Assembly: GCF_006345805.1 (NCBI RefSeq)
Contig: NC_043002.1
Span: forward strand, 101,494,001-101,558,000
Direction: 5' to 3'
From: Octopus sinensis
Lineage: Eukaryota
Length of the DNA stretch: 64,000 nucleotides
Below, one piece after another: positions 61,716-64,000 of this stretch (position 1 is its first letter; every line of letters begins with the position of its first letter). The notes beneath the pieces are model-generated. The model did no database searches. It was not told where the DNA came from and saw only the letters and a program-made list of their open reading frames with translations. The translations under genes were made by a program, and so were the position numbers.

Positions 61716-63302
61716 CACACACGCACACACAGACAGGCACACACACACACACGTATATATAATAGTGTATGTGCGTGTTACTGATAATATGGGAGCCTCA
61801 AAGTACCCATAAATTGACTTTTTGCTTTGTCTAACCTTGTTGAACATATCTTCTCAAAATACATTATATTATCGTTTTTGAAGTAGATTAGAGTAAGAGT
61901 CGCTCAGATAGTACACGAGACAATAATGTAAGTGGCCTACCTTGAGGCTAAGTGTTCACGAGTTCATATCACAGCAACACAACTTGTGATCTTGCTCATC
62001 CATATGATCTAATCGTCGATAGACAGAAGTCTCCAAGCAGAACCAACACTTCTTGATGACAGATTGTATCCTGAAATTGTAGTACCAAGTTAAAATTACA
62101 CTAATTTTAAATTAACGATCTTATCCTTATTTATATAAAGATGTTTGTATTTAGTTAGCTAGATCGATACATATATACATACCATATATAAGTTGAACGT
62201 ATATATGCCTGCAAATATTTTTATATACATAGACTTACCAACTCCAACATGCTTGCTCACTGGAATAAGCCTTTCAAGTCATAAGCACACATACACGCAT
62301 ACACACATACATACATGCATAAGTCTTGCGGTGTAATAATCTCCACAAAGTAGTCCTTAATGTGCACGATCTGCATTACGAGGAATTCTCGTTTGAGAAG
62401 AGAATATGTTTTACATTCTGACTCTTCTGAACCCATTTTGGCAAATAAAACTAAATCACTCGCGATCCCTTTTTTTTTTAAGTATTAGAAGTAACAGAGT
62501 GCACTAAGCATAGGATGTTTTTCTCGGGGTCATATACATCAGTTCTTCTTTGTAGTTAAAATTACATCATTTCATTCGGAACGCTGGAGGATCACCACGC
62601 ACAGTGTTTCGATATAATTTGGTCTTTTTAGCGACGAATACCGAAGATGGTTCCGGTATTCACCACTGCTTAAATCGGAAGATTTCTTTATTATTCAAGT
62701 CACGGTTTTCGATTTCGTTGCTGTCAAGTACAGCAACAAATATAAGAATTAGCAATCAATGAAATTCCGCGGTTATTCTTCATCATCAACAACGTATCAA
62801 AAGACTATTTAGATATTTAATTAGATTCTTCATTAGAGCAAAGAAATACTTCAGTCATGGTCAGTTGCTAATCCTCAAAGATAAAATGTTACTTATATGT
62901 ATGGGACAGTGCTGTTGCTGTATACACACGTAAATGAGATTAAATTGAAAAGAAAGCCTACAGTGTGATTGCTTTAAATGTCAAGTCACGAACACACAGC
63001 AACAATTGGTCTACAAGCCGTTTTTAATGGCATAAAAAGCAGATGTTTTCCCCGCTTAAAAATTTATAAAATCAGCCTGAGTCCCATAAATGGCGTTGGG
63101 CTGCATGTATGCTAATGTTGTGCCTGACACTCACTACTATAGGCTAATTTTAATCCTGATGATCCCTTCTACCTGGCCCGACACTTTAATATTATACTTC
63201 TCCTAAATATTGACCGCTAAGATTGCGGTGCCCGTGCTTATTTTATGCTATGAAATACGGCAAGTGCCGTCTCTTGAGTTATATAGTTATTAAAAAGATC
63301 TC

Positions 63303-63750
63303 GGATCTTTTCGGTTTGAACGGCAGTTTTTTCTAGCGGTGTCATATGAAATTGTCACCCATAATTATGACCCTAGTATCGATCTATTGCATTTCAATCT
63401 ATTTTAGGGTTAGGGTTAGTTAGGGTTAGGGGTGGGGGGAAGGGTATCTTTTTTTCTTCACAAATGTAAATAAACCCAATCTGTTTCTTAAACGAGGGAC
63501 ATATTCATACGGCAGAGAATGTTGTTTACCTCAATGGACGTCATTGATTGGTTGAAATTGCAGAAATTGAAGAAATTGAAGAAATTGAAGAAAAAACAAC
63601 AACCCATATCTTACAAACTATAGAATTTTCTCAATAAAGCGAAAGAAAAAGATGTTTTATAAATACAACATTCTACCAGTATACGAAGTTTAAAATTTTT
63701 TAGTTACGTAGAAATTATGTTAAAAACTGTCTTTCAAACCGAAAGGATCC
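63303..63750. mobile_element. Non-autonomous DNA transposon (MITE), Merlin-like
   Basis: TIRs GGATCTTTTCGGTTTGAACGGCAGTTTTT / AAAAACTGTCTTTCAAACCGAAAGGATCC; exact 8-bp TSD AAGATCTC at 63295-63302 and 63751-63758; GG termini. Confidence 0.75.
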
Positions 63751-64000
63751 AAGATCTCTTCTCCTCTGGGTCAGCTTTCGTTACGTTTTCTTCACCCAGA
63801 AGAAAAGGCACCATGCGTGTTTCTTTTTATCGGTGTTCTATCGTGTCTCAACTGCAACAGATAATTATTTCTGCCAATCCTGAATCAAAGAAAACTGCAC
63901 AACATCATTCCGTAATGCATCAGCTGGCTGGTTGGTTGGTCGATGGGTCGGCTGACTGGTTGGTTGGATGGTTGGTTGACTGGTTGGTTGGTTCGACGGC

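Noticed and set aside
63404-63427. Telomere or chromosome fusion site
   Set aside because: Only about 4 TTAGGG units and internal to a TIR/TSD-bounded MITE.

Overview
Eukaryotic, gene-poor, repeat-saturated DNA. The tRNA-derived SINE families and extreme (TA)n/(CAT)n/(AAT)n load suggest an octopus/cephalopod genome (inference, not verified). No host protein-coding gene can be supported, and nearly all ORFs in the track are microsatellite translations. The only real coding sequence is from R4/Dong-type non-LTR retrotransposons (RT + CCHC + restriction-like endonuclease) sitting in (TAA)n: one near-intact 5'-truncated copy (25911-28801, single frameshift) plus many fragments, several stacked head-to-tail. 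Main discovery: a hidden set of type I hammerhead ribozyme (HHR) elements inserted in (TA)n microsatellites. A ~5.5 kb array (11113-16619) of ~600-bp units carries one HHR per unit (8 on +, 1 in an inverted copy), which is the architecture of a retrozyme / Penelope pseudo-LTR array that could release ~600-nt monomer or circular RNAs. Two further HHR elements with different flanking sequence have intact catalytic cores (48241-48326 +, 54585-54685 -), and three fold-back palindromes carry degenerate or half HHRs (4461-4636, 37416-37709, 54128-54290). Also present: a Merlin-like MITE with an 8-bp TSD and a 100-N assembly gap.
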